The position numbers and the translations under genes are program-made. Under the pieces are notes generated by a model. The model saw nothing but the letters and a program-made list of their open reading frames with translations, was not told the DNA's origin and did no database searches. DNA of 55,035 nucleotides, filler included, from Sphacelaria rigidula (Eukaryota): NCBI GenBank assembly GCA_964200075.2. It is 6 parts of 6 records of this genome, joined end to end, with 100 filler letters (N's around TTAATTAATTAA, not from the genome) between each part and the next. Parts side by side here need not be neighbours in the genome. Positions count along the whole stretch, not along the records: positions 1 to 9,090 come from CAXNAA020009329.1; positions 9,191 to 18,280 come from CAXNAA020009330.1; 4 more parts are not named here. The stretch is one strand, 5' to 3'. Positions 1-11,785 of the stretch are shown here, one piece after another (the first letter of the stretch is position 1; every line of letters starts with the position of its first letter).

Positions 1-255
1 TAGTCGGGTGTTCAGACGGTTGAATCACTGGGCACCGGTTAAGGGCATATGTAAAGAGAAGTGGTTCCCAGGGGGCTTGTAGATATTCCACCGAGAAGAT
101 CCTGTTACCTCGGGTTCCAGAGCCGGCTGTACAAATATGAGATCATCGGGCCTCTTGGACAGTCTACAGTTGGGACTGCATCTGTAACGGCTTTTTGTCT
201 GGTTCACACGCCATAGGAGAAATCTCTTCGCACATACAAAATGGCGACCTCCACA
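1..255 (-). mobile_element. LTR (partial, cut by contig start) inserted antisense into gypsy pol; same family as 3854-4207
   Basis: Reverse complement of 1-255 aligns with 3854-4120 (TGTGGAGGTCGCCATTTTGTATGTG...). It ends ...GGCGACCTCCACA just before the RNase H coding sequence resumes. Confidence 0.8.
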
Positions 256-1664
256 GTGTGTCACAGACTCAGCAATATGTTGACAAGATGGGCGATATCA
301 TTACAGCCGTATGACTTACAGTGCAACACAAACTCGGACAATTCAATGTCGTCCCGGATCCTCTGTCAAGGCTCGTCCAGTTCGAGCAGCAGCAAGAAAA
401 TGAGGTCAAGCTCCTGCTCGCGCCAATTTCTCGCACTGTCCCAGAGGACCCCGCATTACACACGAAGAAATCCCACCCGTCGTTTCAAATTTCGGCAGAG
501 AACCTGGACAACCTAAAACCAGTACAGAGTTACAGAGAGCTTTTTCCCATCAACTTCACATGCACGAGCACTTCCAACGTTTTCATGTCTATGGACAAAG
601 ACAAAGAGTGAACCAAACAGGCAAACAAATATGGCTCATACATTCAGTATCTGACCGATGAAGACGCACCAGTACCGGAAAAAGAGACTCTGACATCCAT
701 GCCCTACGTTACGGTCCGAGACCGCGTATTTTGTTCATGTCGTACTTGCCAGGACAGCTTCGGAAAAAAGGCACCTATCGCGATAGATTGGTGCTACCAG
801 GCGCTCTAGTAAATTTATTTTTGCACGCGTATCACGATCACGCGTTGTCCGGGGGTTACCTAGCATTCAAATCGACATACGAAAAAACACAACACATGTA
901 CTGGTGGCTAACCATAAGTCAAGATGTAAGAAGGTGGTAAAAGCAATACCGATCGTGTTAGAGGAGAAGGACGGGACATAACCGTCCGAAATTGCCCGCA
1001 GATCACGAAGCTGTGAAGATACCGTTTGAGCGGATATCGAGAGATCTAGTCGAATACGAAACGGTTTCAAATTCATCAGGCGGTGGGTCGTGCAAATATG
1101 TGATATCTGTCATGGATCATACTACGCGATACTCACTGTTTTTATCGACTCCAAACAAATCAGCCAACACGGTGGCAAAAGTTCTGGTCGATCATGGTTT
1201 CGCAACGTTTGCCATACCAGAAAAACTATACACTCTGACCAACGGAAAGAATGTGAGAATCGAGTGATCTTTCAGTTGCAGTCGCTCCTCAAATTTGAGG
1301 AAACACGCACGACACCGTTCCGCCCTCAAAGTAACACTGTTTCAGAACGCGTACGCTCGAATTGACACGCCCTGTTACCATTATAGCTCCGTCAAACAAG
1401 ACAACTGGGCGACGATGCTACCCTTTGCAAATGGCGTATAATGTATAATGCCTCGTCCAACACTACATTGCAAGAAACCCCGTGTTTCCTCGTGTTCGGG
1501 CGTCAACCAAAATTGCCCGTTGACATATCTTGGGCATTTGCGGAGACGGGTATGCTGTGGATGATGAATAATAAGCGAAAGAGACGGAAGACAACTTGCT
1601 ACTAGCTTTTGAAATCGCAAGACAAAACCTGAAGAAACGAGCAGACGGACAGAAGGCAAGCAAT

Positions 1665-2302
1665 AACAGACAAATCTATAAAATGAGGTTGTACAATGAA
1701 ATAAGGTTCAAGCCCGAAATAGCGCTTTCCCCACACTTACGCGATGGTGCCCGATGACTTTTTTGTCGACCTAGTGCCCCTCGATCGCGTACATACTTCT
1801 TGAGCGCATTGTACTGCCTCTTTGAGCTTACAGCGCTGACCGAAACCGCCATTTCCCCTGATTCTTTAGGGGGGGTGATACCAGCGGAAACGACGATTTC
1901 GGTCAGCGCTGTATGCTCACAAGTCGGTAAAATGCGCTCAAGAAGTATGTACGCGATCGAGGGGCCTTAGGGCGACAAAAACGTCATTGGGCACCATCGC
2001 CGTAAGTGTGGGGTGTGACGAAATAACGCCGTTACGTTGAGTTGTTAGTGATGATCTGGATAATGACCGGGGACACTAGGTTGATACCCTGGCGTGTCTA
2101 GGAGGCTGTGCCTACGAGGGCACTCCTGAATAATGAGAATGTCGTAAAGGCTGACAACTGAAACTGAGGCCAGTAAGACTGGGAAGTCCCTCAAGAGCAG
2201 TGATCCAACAGTGCTTCCACTGGCTGGCGTCACAGGGGAAGGCACTGTTTTGGGCCTGAACCTCATTTCATTATACAACCTCATTTTGTATAAATGTTTG
2301 TT
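1665..2302. mobile_element. Fold-back MITE family A inserted in the gypsy integrase
   Basis: Ends AACAGACAAATCTATAAAATGAGG ... CCTCATTTTGTATAAATGTTTGTT. Arms of about 200 bp are inverted copies. 4-bp TSD CAAT (1661-1664 / 2303-2306). Confidence 0.85.
2014..2234. mobile_element. Solo LTR-like insertion (221 bp) inside MITE A
   Basis: TGTGACG...CGTCACA termini, flanked by GGGG duplication (2010-2013 / 2235-2238). Absent from the MITE's left arm and from the 4239-4676 copy. Confidence 0.75.
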
Positions 2303-3051
2303 CAATGATGAATGAGCTCAAGCCATACTCAGTTTTTAAACCTGGACAACAAGTGCTACCACATCAAAACTCGGACGGTCCGAATCCAAAATTAGTATTG
2401 CCATGGCGAGGACCATGCAGGGTCATTTCTCAAACATCTCCTGCGGTATATGAGGTCAAGATAAGCGAGGATGCAAATAAGACCTTAGTATACCTTTAAC
2501 GATGCTACCCTCGGGGAGGACCACCGGCACCCGATTTTGATCAGCTCGCCGAATATTCCCGAGGAAAAAATACTCTTTCTAGAGGTAGACCGTCCGGAAG
2601 CAACGAATCCGAAAATTGAACGTTACATTAAAATATTGTTGACAAAGTGGTGGGCCACAGACGAGGTCCGGGAAGAAAAGAACCATCACAATTAAAAGTA
2701 CCGTCTCCGCTTCCAAGGCTACGGTCCATCAGCAGATTTAGAATACCGAGTGGAGGAGATACCACAGTGTCGGCTCCTCATAAACGCATGTAGAGTCAAA
2801 CATAGGTTGAATACAAGTAAAACGCGCTTGACTGGCCCGCCATCTGAATACACAAAACATGAAAAAAGCGGGCTGGTGGTAGAAAAGAATCGTGACATGC
2901 AGAAGATAGTATAAAGTAATAACAATACGCTCCTCGAAATGTAGATACGACTAACGTAGTATCGAGACGGATTTCATGACTGAAAACATGTCGACAGCGG
3001 ACAGAGATTAAGTCTAAAAATCGAGCTCTTATCGGCAAAAGGGGACCTTGC

Positions 3052-3471
3052 TGATAAGGATTGCCATAAAAAAACAACGTTTTCGTGAGATTGAGAGTAT
3101 TGTAGCGTGCTGATTGAGAGTGGCTTTGATCATTCGCTCTCACTTGGCCAATCTTTCATTCAGTGTGTGCTTTTACTTGCCTCTATTACTGGCGTGTGCT
3201 TATAGCTACACGTCGATATCCTACTCAAGGATATCAAGGGCCTCAGTGGCGAGCTACTACAGGAAGCATATCGGGCGTCGCGGAGGGGTATTTCGGAACT
3301 GAAACGATTCATTCACTATTCGACCGCTTCTCACTCTCAATCGTATCCTCTATTCTCAATCTCACGAAAGCGTTGTTAAAAGCTCTTTCGACTCCGAGTG
3401 AAGTACTCCAAAGATAGAAATGCATATAGTTACCACTGCTGTTTCTGGTATTGATCCATCCCTGGTTACCA
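3052..3471 (+). mobile_element. Probable 3' LTR of the gypsy element
   Basis: Follows purine tract AAAAGGGGA (3037-3045). TGATAA...TTACCA termini. The right boundary is tentative. Confidence 0.5.
3073..3377. mobile_element. MITE family B inserted in the LTR
   Basis: TIR AACAACGTTTTCGTGAGATTGAGA ... TCTCAATCTCACGAAAGCGTTGTT, flanked by AAAA. The right end recurs independently at 45948-46004. Confidence 0.65.
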
Positions 3472-3853
3472 GGTATCGTAGCAGCCGCCATATGCCCCAC
3501 TTCTCTGCACGTCATGAGCAGACCTCATAGTGGTGAACCGTTAGATACGGTAATCTATGCAGATCGTTTATCCGATGCCAAATCACCGGACGAAACTTGC
3601 ATAAAAGTGCAGGGAAACATTTTTTTCCCCCATTTTTACACGAGCCTGTAGGAGGATATCGATAACATTCATCGGTGGGTGTTTTTCAATACCCTATAAA
3701 GAGGATACGACACGTTCAACTAGAGACCACTATAGAAGTATTTCGGAAACACGTACGAAATAGACCCCTGAAAATATCATCATCTCGGATGCCCGCCACA
3801 AGTCCTTGAAGATGGACTCGAGGCGCATCGAAGGCGGGGGGGCGGGGGGGTTA

Positions 3854-4207
3854 TGTGGAGGTCGCCATTTTGTATGTGCCGATATATTTCTTCTATCTAT
3901 GACGTGTAAACCAGACAAAAAGCCGATACAGATGCAGTCCCAACTGTAGACTGCCCGAGAGGATCGAAACTCTCATATCTGTACAGTCGACACTGGGACT
4001 CTAGGCTCGAGGTAATGGGATCTTGTCGGTGAAATATTGCCAGGCCGCCTGGGAACCACTTATTTTTACAAGTGTCCCTAAACGATGCCTAGTGATTCAA
4101 ACGCCTTAACAATCGACTACGGTCAATCCTTGCCCACATAACACGAGGAAAATCATCGGCCACCCTTGACGGTTACTACCGTCCACGTAGGTCTCGCGAC
4201 CTTCACA
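3854..4207 (+). mobile_element. 3' LTR of a second LTR retrotransposon
   Basis: TGTGGAGGTCGC...GCGACCTTCACA inverted termini, immediately preceded by a G-rich polypurine tract (about 3831-3850). Second copy at 1-255. Confidence 0.8.
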
Positions 4208-4238
4208 CATACATGGGGATGGATTTTTGTAGTGAAGT

Positions 4239-4676
4239 AACAGTCAAATCTTCTGTAAAATGAGGTTGTACGGTGAAATGTGGTTCAGGCCCAAAACATT
4301 GCTTTCCCCACACTTTCAGCGATGGTGCCCAATGCCTTTTTTTCGGCCTAATGCCCCTCGATCGCGTACATACTTCTTCAGCGCATTTTACCGACTCTGT
4401 GAACTTACATCGCTGACCGAAACCGTCGTTTCGCCTGGTATCACCCCCCCTGAACAATCAGGGAAAATGACGGTTTCGGTCGGCGCTGTAAGCTCACAGA
4501 GTCGGTAAAAAGCTCACAGAGTCTGTAAAATGCGCTGAAAAAGTATGTACGCGATCGAAGGGCATTAGGCCGACAAAAAACGTCCTTAGGCACCATCGCT
4601 GAAAGTGTGGGGAAAGCACTGTTTCTGGGCTGACCCTCATTTCATCGTAGGAGCTCATTTTATAGAATTGTCTGGT
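4239..4676. mobile_element. Fold-back MITE family A, second copy
   Basis: Homologous to 1665-2302 without the solo LTR. Palindromic arms. TSD AAGT (4235-4238 / 4677-4680). Confidence 0.85.
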
Positions 4677-5347
4677 AAGTGGAAAATTCAACGAATCAGT
4701 GGCCCTTCAGTAAGGAATCGACGCAATCTAGCACCAATCAAGTACGACCTTTGAAGTGAATTATGCTGTGAAAAATGCTCGTGATTGGCTCGCAGACTTA
4801 AGTCACGTCTGCAGTGTACGTACTATAGTACAAGAATGAACAGTCGCGCTGGGACGGATAGAGCGGCAGCAGAGAGACGAAGCAGCAAGCAGACAAGCAG
4901 ACAAGCAGACAGCAAATGGTACATTGCCACCGCAGGGGGTCATTGCAATGCTCGTGTATTGGTATATCCTCATCTTAGTATCGCTGGTTGCGTATTTCCG
5001 TGGCGGCGACCACTGGCGCCGATGCTAGCAGCAGCGGCAGCCATGCTGCCGGGTGCAGTCAGTACCCTGGCGGTACAGTATATCCGCACTGTGCTGTGAT
5101 TTGCTCCTTTCATCGGAGCACAAGGTCTGACCCAGCCGGTCGAGCGGTGTATACTGGCGCTGGCTGTGTGTCTTCAACCAGCCATGTTTGGTATCGCGCA
5201 AATTATGGGTCTTGGCAGCGGCTTTTTCGTGATACGGAGGACGAAACAGTCAATACACTATTATGCAGTTTTCGACAGTCAGTATGTAGACAGCACTGCG
5301 CTCCGACTGATATTATTTCTACAGACTAACACAACACAGCAGCTCAG

Positions 5348-5778
5348 AAGACGTGATTTTACTAATTGGGGATGGATTTTTTATTGGGGATGAGAACCCG
5401 GAGAATTAAAATCTTCGTATCCCCACCAAATCTTCGGAACATGATTCAATTTCTTTACTCGCTGGTAGATATTGACAACTACTTCAGGCCATACAAATTT
5501 GGATTTTGATCACCGAAATGTTGGGGTCCTAGGTGGAAAACCAATTATGGAGAATTTTGGTGATCCGATCGGACGCCAAAATAGGTTCTCCATCTAGGAC
5601 CCCAACATGTCGGTTGTCGAGGTCAAAAATTGTATGACGCGTAGTAGTTGTCAATAGCTACTAGTAAGTGAAGAAATAGAACAATATTTCGACGATTTGG
5701 TGTGGATACGAAGATTTTAATTCTCCGGGTTCTCATCCCAAATAAAAAATCCATCCCCAATTTCTAAAATCACGTGTT
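5348..5778. mobile_element. Fold-back MITE family C
   Basis: AAGACGTGATTTTACTAATTGGGGATGG ... CCATCCCCAATTTCTAAAATCACGTGTT. TSD TCAG (5344-5347 / 5779-5782). Confidence 0.85.
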
Positions 5779-6627
5779 TCAGGCGATGCCAGCGGAGGAC
5801 AAACCGTCTTCGCAAGATCGAAACACACCACAAAACAGTGATAACTTCAGCATAATGGGAGAGGGTGTGACCGTCTTTGTGCTGTGCAGTACAGTGGAGG
5901 AGGACATGTCTCATGTTTTAGTTCTTCGCCTGACTTTATGCGGGTCCTCAATTTTTGCCGGGTGCCGATCTTGGACGCTGGGCCATAATCGCGCTTCGCA
6001 CAAAATGATTCGTTTCGCTACAAGATCGTCCCGATGTATGAGTCCTGTGCCGCAATATAATATAGTGGAGCGGGAGCTTTTGTGTAGCTGAATACTACCG
6101 TACATGGATGTTGACGAGACGGGAGAAGTACACTCCGGAGGGGGGAAAGCGGATGAGTGCGATCACATTTTTGCTGCTGTGAATAAAATAGGAGATGATA
6201 CCGGCAACTGCTACCAATGCCAGCACCTGCGTTCTTCTGCGTGTCGTAGCCGGCCGGTCCTAGTGCGTCAGCGATAAAGTTCACCTCGGTCTGCATACGA
6301 AGCACAAGGGAGATAGGTTGCCGTAGATTGGTGACAAGGGAGTAGCAGCTCTCGCAAGCATGGGAAGCACTCTGCATGTTTTGCCAACAAAAATGCCGCG
6401 CGCCGGTGAATGCACTAGATACCGGTTTCGTCAGGAAGTACAACCCATATCGTATTACGGGAGGATCTCGTTAGTGGAAATCGAAATATAAACGGAGGTA
6501 CCTGCCCGCCGAGGAACACGTACACCGTCGCAATATAAATAATATTCATAGCTGGGACATGAAACAAAAAAAGCAACACATCAATGCCTCTTGCATGCGT
6601 TACCAAAATCATCATGTTGAGACGCAC

Positions 6628-8810
6628 TTGAAGCCATCACCGCAGGCTGCCAACTTACGCCAACACGAAAAAGCATTACTGTTTTTCTTTGCACCGTATC
6701 GTCCTCCTCCTGTCGCGGACCGCATTACTCGCACGACCTTCGCCATCGCATCAATCGCAAGCCCACGCCGCAGGGCAAGTTCGATCATCGCACCTCCCAC
6801 ACTACGTAGCATCCCGTCTACCCTATTTGCCACCAATGAGACCCCAAAAGCGTCAGACTCACGATAAATCTCCATGATTTGGTCGACCTCATTCTGCCCC
6901 AGAGATTTCGTGTTCGCCGCTGTAGACCCCAGCTCCACAAAATCTTCTTCGGCGACGCCAACTGAGGTGGGTTGTGGATTCGCTAGGTGTGCCCAGGGCG
7001 GCGACGTCGTGCCCACGGGATCGGAACGCACCGCTTTCTCCCCGCTCGCTCGCGGCAGCAACAGCCGTCCTTATCCTGGAAATGAAGAAAAATGGGAGAG
7101 GGCATGTACCTGTTGGATAGAGAAGTTGTTGGCAGCAAAGATTCCCCCGTGAAATGAGCCGGATGGAACATGTGCAACTTAAAAAAAAAAACGCGCAACA
7201 GTACGTGAACTGGCGGCGCCGACTCACCCTTTGCGCTCGTGCCGCGTGCACATTACGTGCTCAGTGCTCCCCGTTCATAACAACAAGCACACGGTCGCCA
7301 CATGTTGTCCTGCACACGGAGTATGAACTATTTTGGCAGAACCGCGCCCGGCTCGTCGCTTTTTTGGAGGGAGAACGAAGGGATTCCACGACATTAGTTT
7401 AGGGCGTATCTTCTTTGCGATGTCCATACTTCGTGGTGGACGGAATAGTCCGCCCTCTGACTTCCTCTTGTACAGCTGAGGACATACACGCAAACCGTAC
7501 AAGAGGTGGGGTCGGGCGATCACAAAATTACACAAGACGGAAACGAGACCGATTGCCTCCATGATAGATCGTGTTTCAGAAATCAGCAACCTCCTTGCGC
7601 ATCCACCGGGAACGGAGGGGGCGTTTGTGCTATTCACTGCCAGTAACCCTTAGCAACGCGGGATGTTGTTTTGTCGTGAACGAATTAATTTCTCTCATGA
7701 TGAGGTTTTCAGACTTACAAGCAACAACAGGCAGACAACGTCTCTCTCTCCACGTGTTCTGCTCAAGAGCACGAAGTGGAGGCTACATGTAGTGGGGGCG
7801 GTGAGAGATGTAGCAGTAGTAGCCCTTGGGGCCCTCTTATGTCCTCCGACTCTCTCCTTCGATTTGTTTTTTCTGTTGTTGATAAAAAAAATGGGATATA
7901 TATATATATATAATGCATATACTCGTGTCATTTTAATGGCGGACGAAATGTTAAAAACCTCAAAACAAAATTGCGACCTTTGATACAGACACACGCACAC
8001 ACCGGCACGCCCAAGCGGGGGTGCTGTTGTCCAACGATCTGGTCCTATATACGTACACTAGTTGAGCTCTTTTCCTTTCGACACGGATATCTGGCACAAT
8101 ATACCGCCTGCGATGTAACACTACCATCTAACGCCATTCAACTCACGCACCTTGTACTCCTGCGGGCACCCTAGGACGTTGGCACACACAGCAGTGGGTA
8201 GGGATTAGCGCTGGCCAGTTCATACCCTTACATGCTGAGCAACACCACACGCCTCCTCCGCCACCGCCACTGTCGCCGCCACCTCCGCTCCAGCCGCCTT
8301 CCTTACCCGCCCCCCCCGACCGCCACCATCATCGCTGCCATTGCGCTCGCCCACTCCACGGCCATGTCCTCCTCCGTGCACCCTGGGACGATGGCACACG
8401 CAGTATTTTTCAGGATGGAACGATGAACAGTTCAACATATCGCACCTTGCGCATAACCATACGCCTTCACCCCCATCAGCACTGTCGGCCCGGTTCTGGT
8501 CCCCACCCCCCCCCACCTCGTCACCGCCGCGGGCATTGTGCCCGCCGCCTCCACCGCCCCCGCTCACAACCACCCTCCTCCCGCCGCTGCCGCTGCCGCT
8601 GCCGCTGCCGCTGCCGCTGCCACCACTGATGGCATCGTTCCCGCCCCCTCCGCAAGTCGGGTGGAACGATCCCCAGGTCAGCAGATTGCACCCTTCGGAA
8701 AACCGCAAGTTACCGCCGCCGCCTCCCTCTCCGCTCCCCCCCACCCCCCCCCTCGATGGGGTTGGCGTCGGTTGGCGATGGCGCTTTAAAACATGCCACT
8801 CACTGCGTAA
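6628..8810 (-). CDS. Possible multi-exon gene or pseudogene of unknown function with Gly-rich region and RanBP2-like Zn finger
   Basis: Exon-like open stretches bounded by splice-like sites: 6628-7075 (..NEVDQIMEIYRESDAFGVSLVANRVDGMLRS..) and about 8232-8810 (poly-Gly, (GS)n, WLCARCDMLN...YCVCHRPR). I could not assemble a full consistent model. Confidence 0.35.
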
Positions 8811-9090
8811 GCTAGGCAACCAGGTTACCCTTCTTTTTTGCGCGCTTGCGTTTTTTTTATTGCGGTTACCATGATGGTAGTCCAGCTAGATCATGTTGTG
8901 CGGCGTAGGAGAACCTCAACTCCGCACAATGGAGATGATCGTACCGCGTAGTTTTTACATGGTGAGACATTCATGAGGCAGTATATGAGCCATGGCTGTC
9001 TCTGGAAGTGGCGATACCAGAAAATAAAGCAGCTCATTGTAGGCTGTCATCCAAATGCAAGATAATCAGTAGGCTTCGGGCCGAACAAGC

Positions 9091-9190
9091 NNNNNNNNNN
9101 NNNNNNNNNNNNNNNNNNNNNNNNNNNNNNNNNNTTAATTAATTAANNNNNNNNNNNNNNNNNNNNNNNNNNNNNNNNNNNNNNNNNNNN
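9091..9190. other. Artificial contig linker
   Basis: 44N + TTAATTAATTAA (stops in all six frames) + 44N. Confidence 0.97.
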
Positions 9191-9308
9191 ATCTGGAAAA
9201 TTCCTATCCGCTTCTGCACAAAAGCTCGATTCTTCTCGAACACAAAATCGAACATTTTTGCAAAGGTGATACGAGCTGGGCCGCCCAAGAAGCCACCAGT
9301 AATGTTGA

Positions 9309-9586
9309 AACGCATATTCTTCGCTCAATTTTGGATCGTTTTCGATTAAATTTTGACATGATGTACAGGACGTATGTGCAAATACTAAACCTTCCATCCC
9401 CTGTTTTTTTTCTTGGTGAGTCATTGGTAATTTTGTTCCGAAAAAACTGTTCCGAAATGTTCCGTCGCCAAGAACTCACGGAGAAGAAAAAACAGGGAAT
9501 GGAAATTTTGGTATTCGCACATACGTCCTGTACATTGCGTCAAAATTTCATCGAAAACGATCCAAAATTGAGCGAAGAATATGCGT
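9309..9586. repeat. Fold-back/MITE-like inverted repeat
   Basis: ACGCATATTCTTCGCTCAATTTTGGATCGTTTTCGAT.. inverted at ..ATCGAAAACGATCCAAAATTGAGCGAAGAATATGCGT. Arms about 115 bp; no clear TSD. Confidence 0.75.
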
Positions 9587-10739
9587 CATTCCGTCGACAA
9601 GCCGAGGGGCTCCATATCGGGAAATCCATGCACCACCGCTACCCGCGGTTGAGAATGAGGAAAATGCCAAATCAATTTGGGAAAAACCTCATTCTTCCTA
9701 TTGCTCCACTAGTATGCGGAAGTGAACGATCATTCAGATATCTCCGGGTTCGCCTGAACGTGAGCAGCCCAAAACCGAGGAGTTTTGGTGTCAGTTGTTC
9801 TGGTGGCGATCGGGGAGTAATTCTGCCGGCTGGAAAATGACTCTGGAGTCGCGGCGATCACTGGATAATGAAAATTGACTCCCGCTGGCTTTTGCAAGAC
9901 CGGCTGTTACCGACCTAGCACTATCGCAGTGATACGGCCGCCATGCTAAGGAGGGCGGTGTAGGACAAACAGTTCCGTACTGCTACTGAATGGCTGAAAT
10001 GTATATGCAGTAAGTTGACTGCGTTGTTACCAGCCGACACGAAAATGTTCTGATATTATAAACGTGTACAATGTATGTGACCCCAGCTGATGCGCCCACA
10101 TATCCCGAAAGGGATAGACTGGCGCCCAGAATAAATGGGACGACAACACACACACTGTGTGAGTTGCAGATAATCACGTACTTTGCCCGCGTTTTGGCAG
10201 ACAGCCGTGTTCACACAACGCGTATATCTACATATTGCAATTCATACTGCACTGCGACACAAGAGAGGGAGAGGTTGCAGAGGGGAATGTTATGGACGTG
10301 TTGTTACGAAAAAGAATATCCAACATCGAGTAGTCAACATCGAGGTAGCGACAGTCATGAAATGTAATTAACGTGATACTTCCTCTGTCCCATAAGTAAG
10401 TGAAGGTACGTAAATTTGCACGGATCCGTTTCAGCCATGCAGGCTGTGGCCAGAGCGTCGTCATGCTTGTCGTGCTTTCGAGCATCCCTTGAATCACAGT
10501 ACAGGGTAACAGCATGTCGACGGAAGTTTCGTAGCCATGGAGATTATCTGGCGTGACCACCTGCGTGCGCCGTTACCACGACCAATTGCCACGACCAATC
10601 ATGTCACGATAATATCATCAGAATCTCATAGCATGGATTTTCAGTGAGGTCCGTGAATCCACCTTCACTCAAGTCACCTGAAATATCACCCCCTGAATCC
10701 ATCTCTGAAGTGAAAAGATCACCAAAGTGCCATGGTGCT

Positions 10740-11560
10740 AGACGGGGGAATATCGAAATATTTCATATTTCACAAGGAGTTGCACAAGGATGGACGTCAT
10801 CACCCACTTTATTCACAGAATTCATGGGTAACATGATAATAGCAATAGAAGCAGCAAAGCGAGGGGTCAAGGGGGGGAAGATATGATATCAGGATTGGTG
10901 TTCGCGGATGATTTTGCGGGGATATCAGGAACACCAGAAGGATTACAGAAACATATAGTAAAGGCGCTAAAATACACTGGGAAATGGAGAGTGACAGCGA
11001 ACGTTAACAAATGCGCGGTACTCGTATGTAACGAAAATAAGAAAATTCAGGTAGAGTTCAAATGGAGGTGGGGAGAAAAGGAATTGACGATCGTAGACTA
11101 GTATACATACCGTGGCTCAGAGATCTCAAGAAACTGTTCTTGGGATGCGCACATGAATAAAGTAATAAAAAAGGATGAGGCACAGATAGCTAGGATGTAC
11201 CTGATCTTCAGAGACTCGCACCTAGACACTTGGATCAAGAGATGCATCCTGATGAACGTGATTGTACCAAAGCTGGAATATGCAGGAGAAGTATGGGAGG
11301 GGAACGTGAAGTGGTGGAGAAGTTGGAAACAGTACAGATGGCAGCAGCTAAGAAAGTACTTGGATGCTCGAAAATGACGAGAAATACAGCATTGAGATCA
11401 GAGTTGGGAATGTACTCTCTTGAAACTAACAGGCATGAAAAAAACGCGATGGCTATGTAGCGTAAAGAACATGCAGAGAAAGAGATTGCCAGCTATAGTT
11501 GATAATGCTGTATGGAAAAAAAAGTACGAAAGGGCAGGCTGGAATAAGGTGGGATAGATA
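10740..11560 (+). mobile_element. Decayed non-LTR retrotransposon (LINE) reverse transcriptase fragment
   Basis: ISQGVAQGWTSSPTLF (QGxxxSPxLF), LVFADDF (Y/FADD), KWRVTANVNKCAVL, YTYRG, IVPKLEYAGEVW, ALRSELGM. Frameshifts and stops. Confidence 0.88.
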
Positions 11561-11785
11561 AGTTGCCCTATCGGTGCTCACTACCCACCGTGGGCAGCGA
11601 AGCTAAGCTCCTCCAAGAGCATCGTCCGTCATGTTCCTACACCCGCGAGAGCAACACTCATACACCGCAATCTCCGCGCTTAGGAATACAGATCGTCTGC
11701 GCTTGTGGTACACTGATCCAAATCACGAGAGACTCACCGCTGAACCGCTCTTCTGCCGAATGCCAGGTCTAAGAGCACGCTCTCG

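Larger units (their letters stand above)
256..2810 (+). mobile_element. Decayed Ty3/gypsy (chromovirus-like) pol: RNase H C-terminus, integrase, probable chromodomain; frameshifted and interrupted
   Basis: LTRWAISLQPYD..VQHKLGQFNVVPDPLSR (RNase H end); LHAYHDHALSGGYLAFKSTYEK..YWW (integrase Zn-binding region); PFERISRDL..KYVISVMDHTTRY, HSDQ..E, TTPFRPQSN..SER (rve core); PKLVLPWRGPCRVI (GPY/F-like); YRLRFQGYGPSADLEY (chromodomain-like). Many stops and frameshifts. Confidence 0.9.

Noticed and set aside
8341-8874. Pro-rich extensin/formin-like ORF on the plus strand
   Set aside because: Low-complexity antisense of the Gly-rich minus-strand frame; splice signals favour the minus strand.
9331-9840. 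169-aa ORF
   Set aside because: It reads through a palindromic repeat (the same peptide appears on both strands) and adjacent MITE ends.
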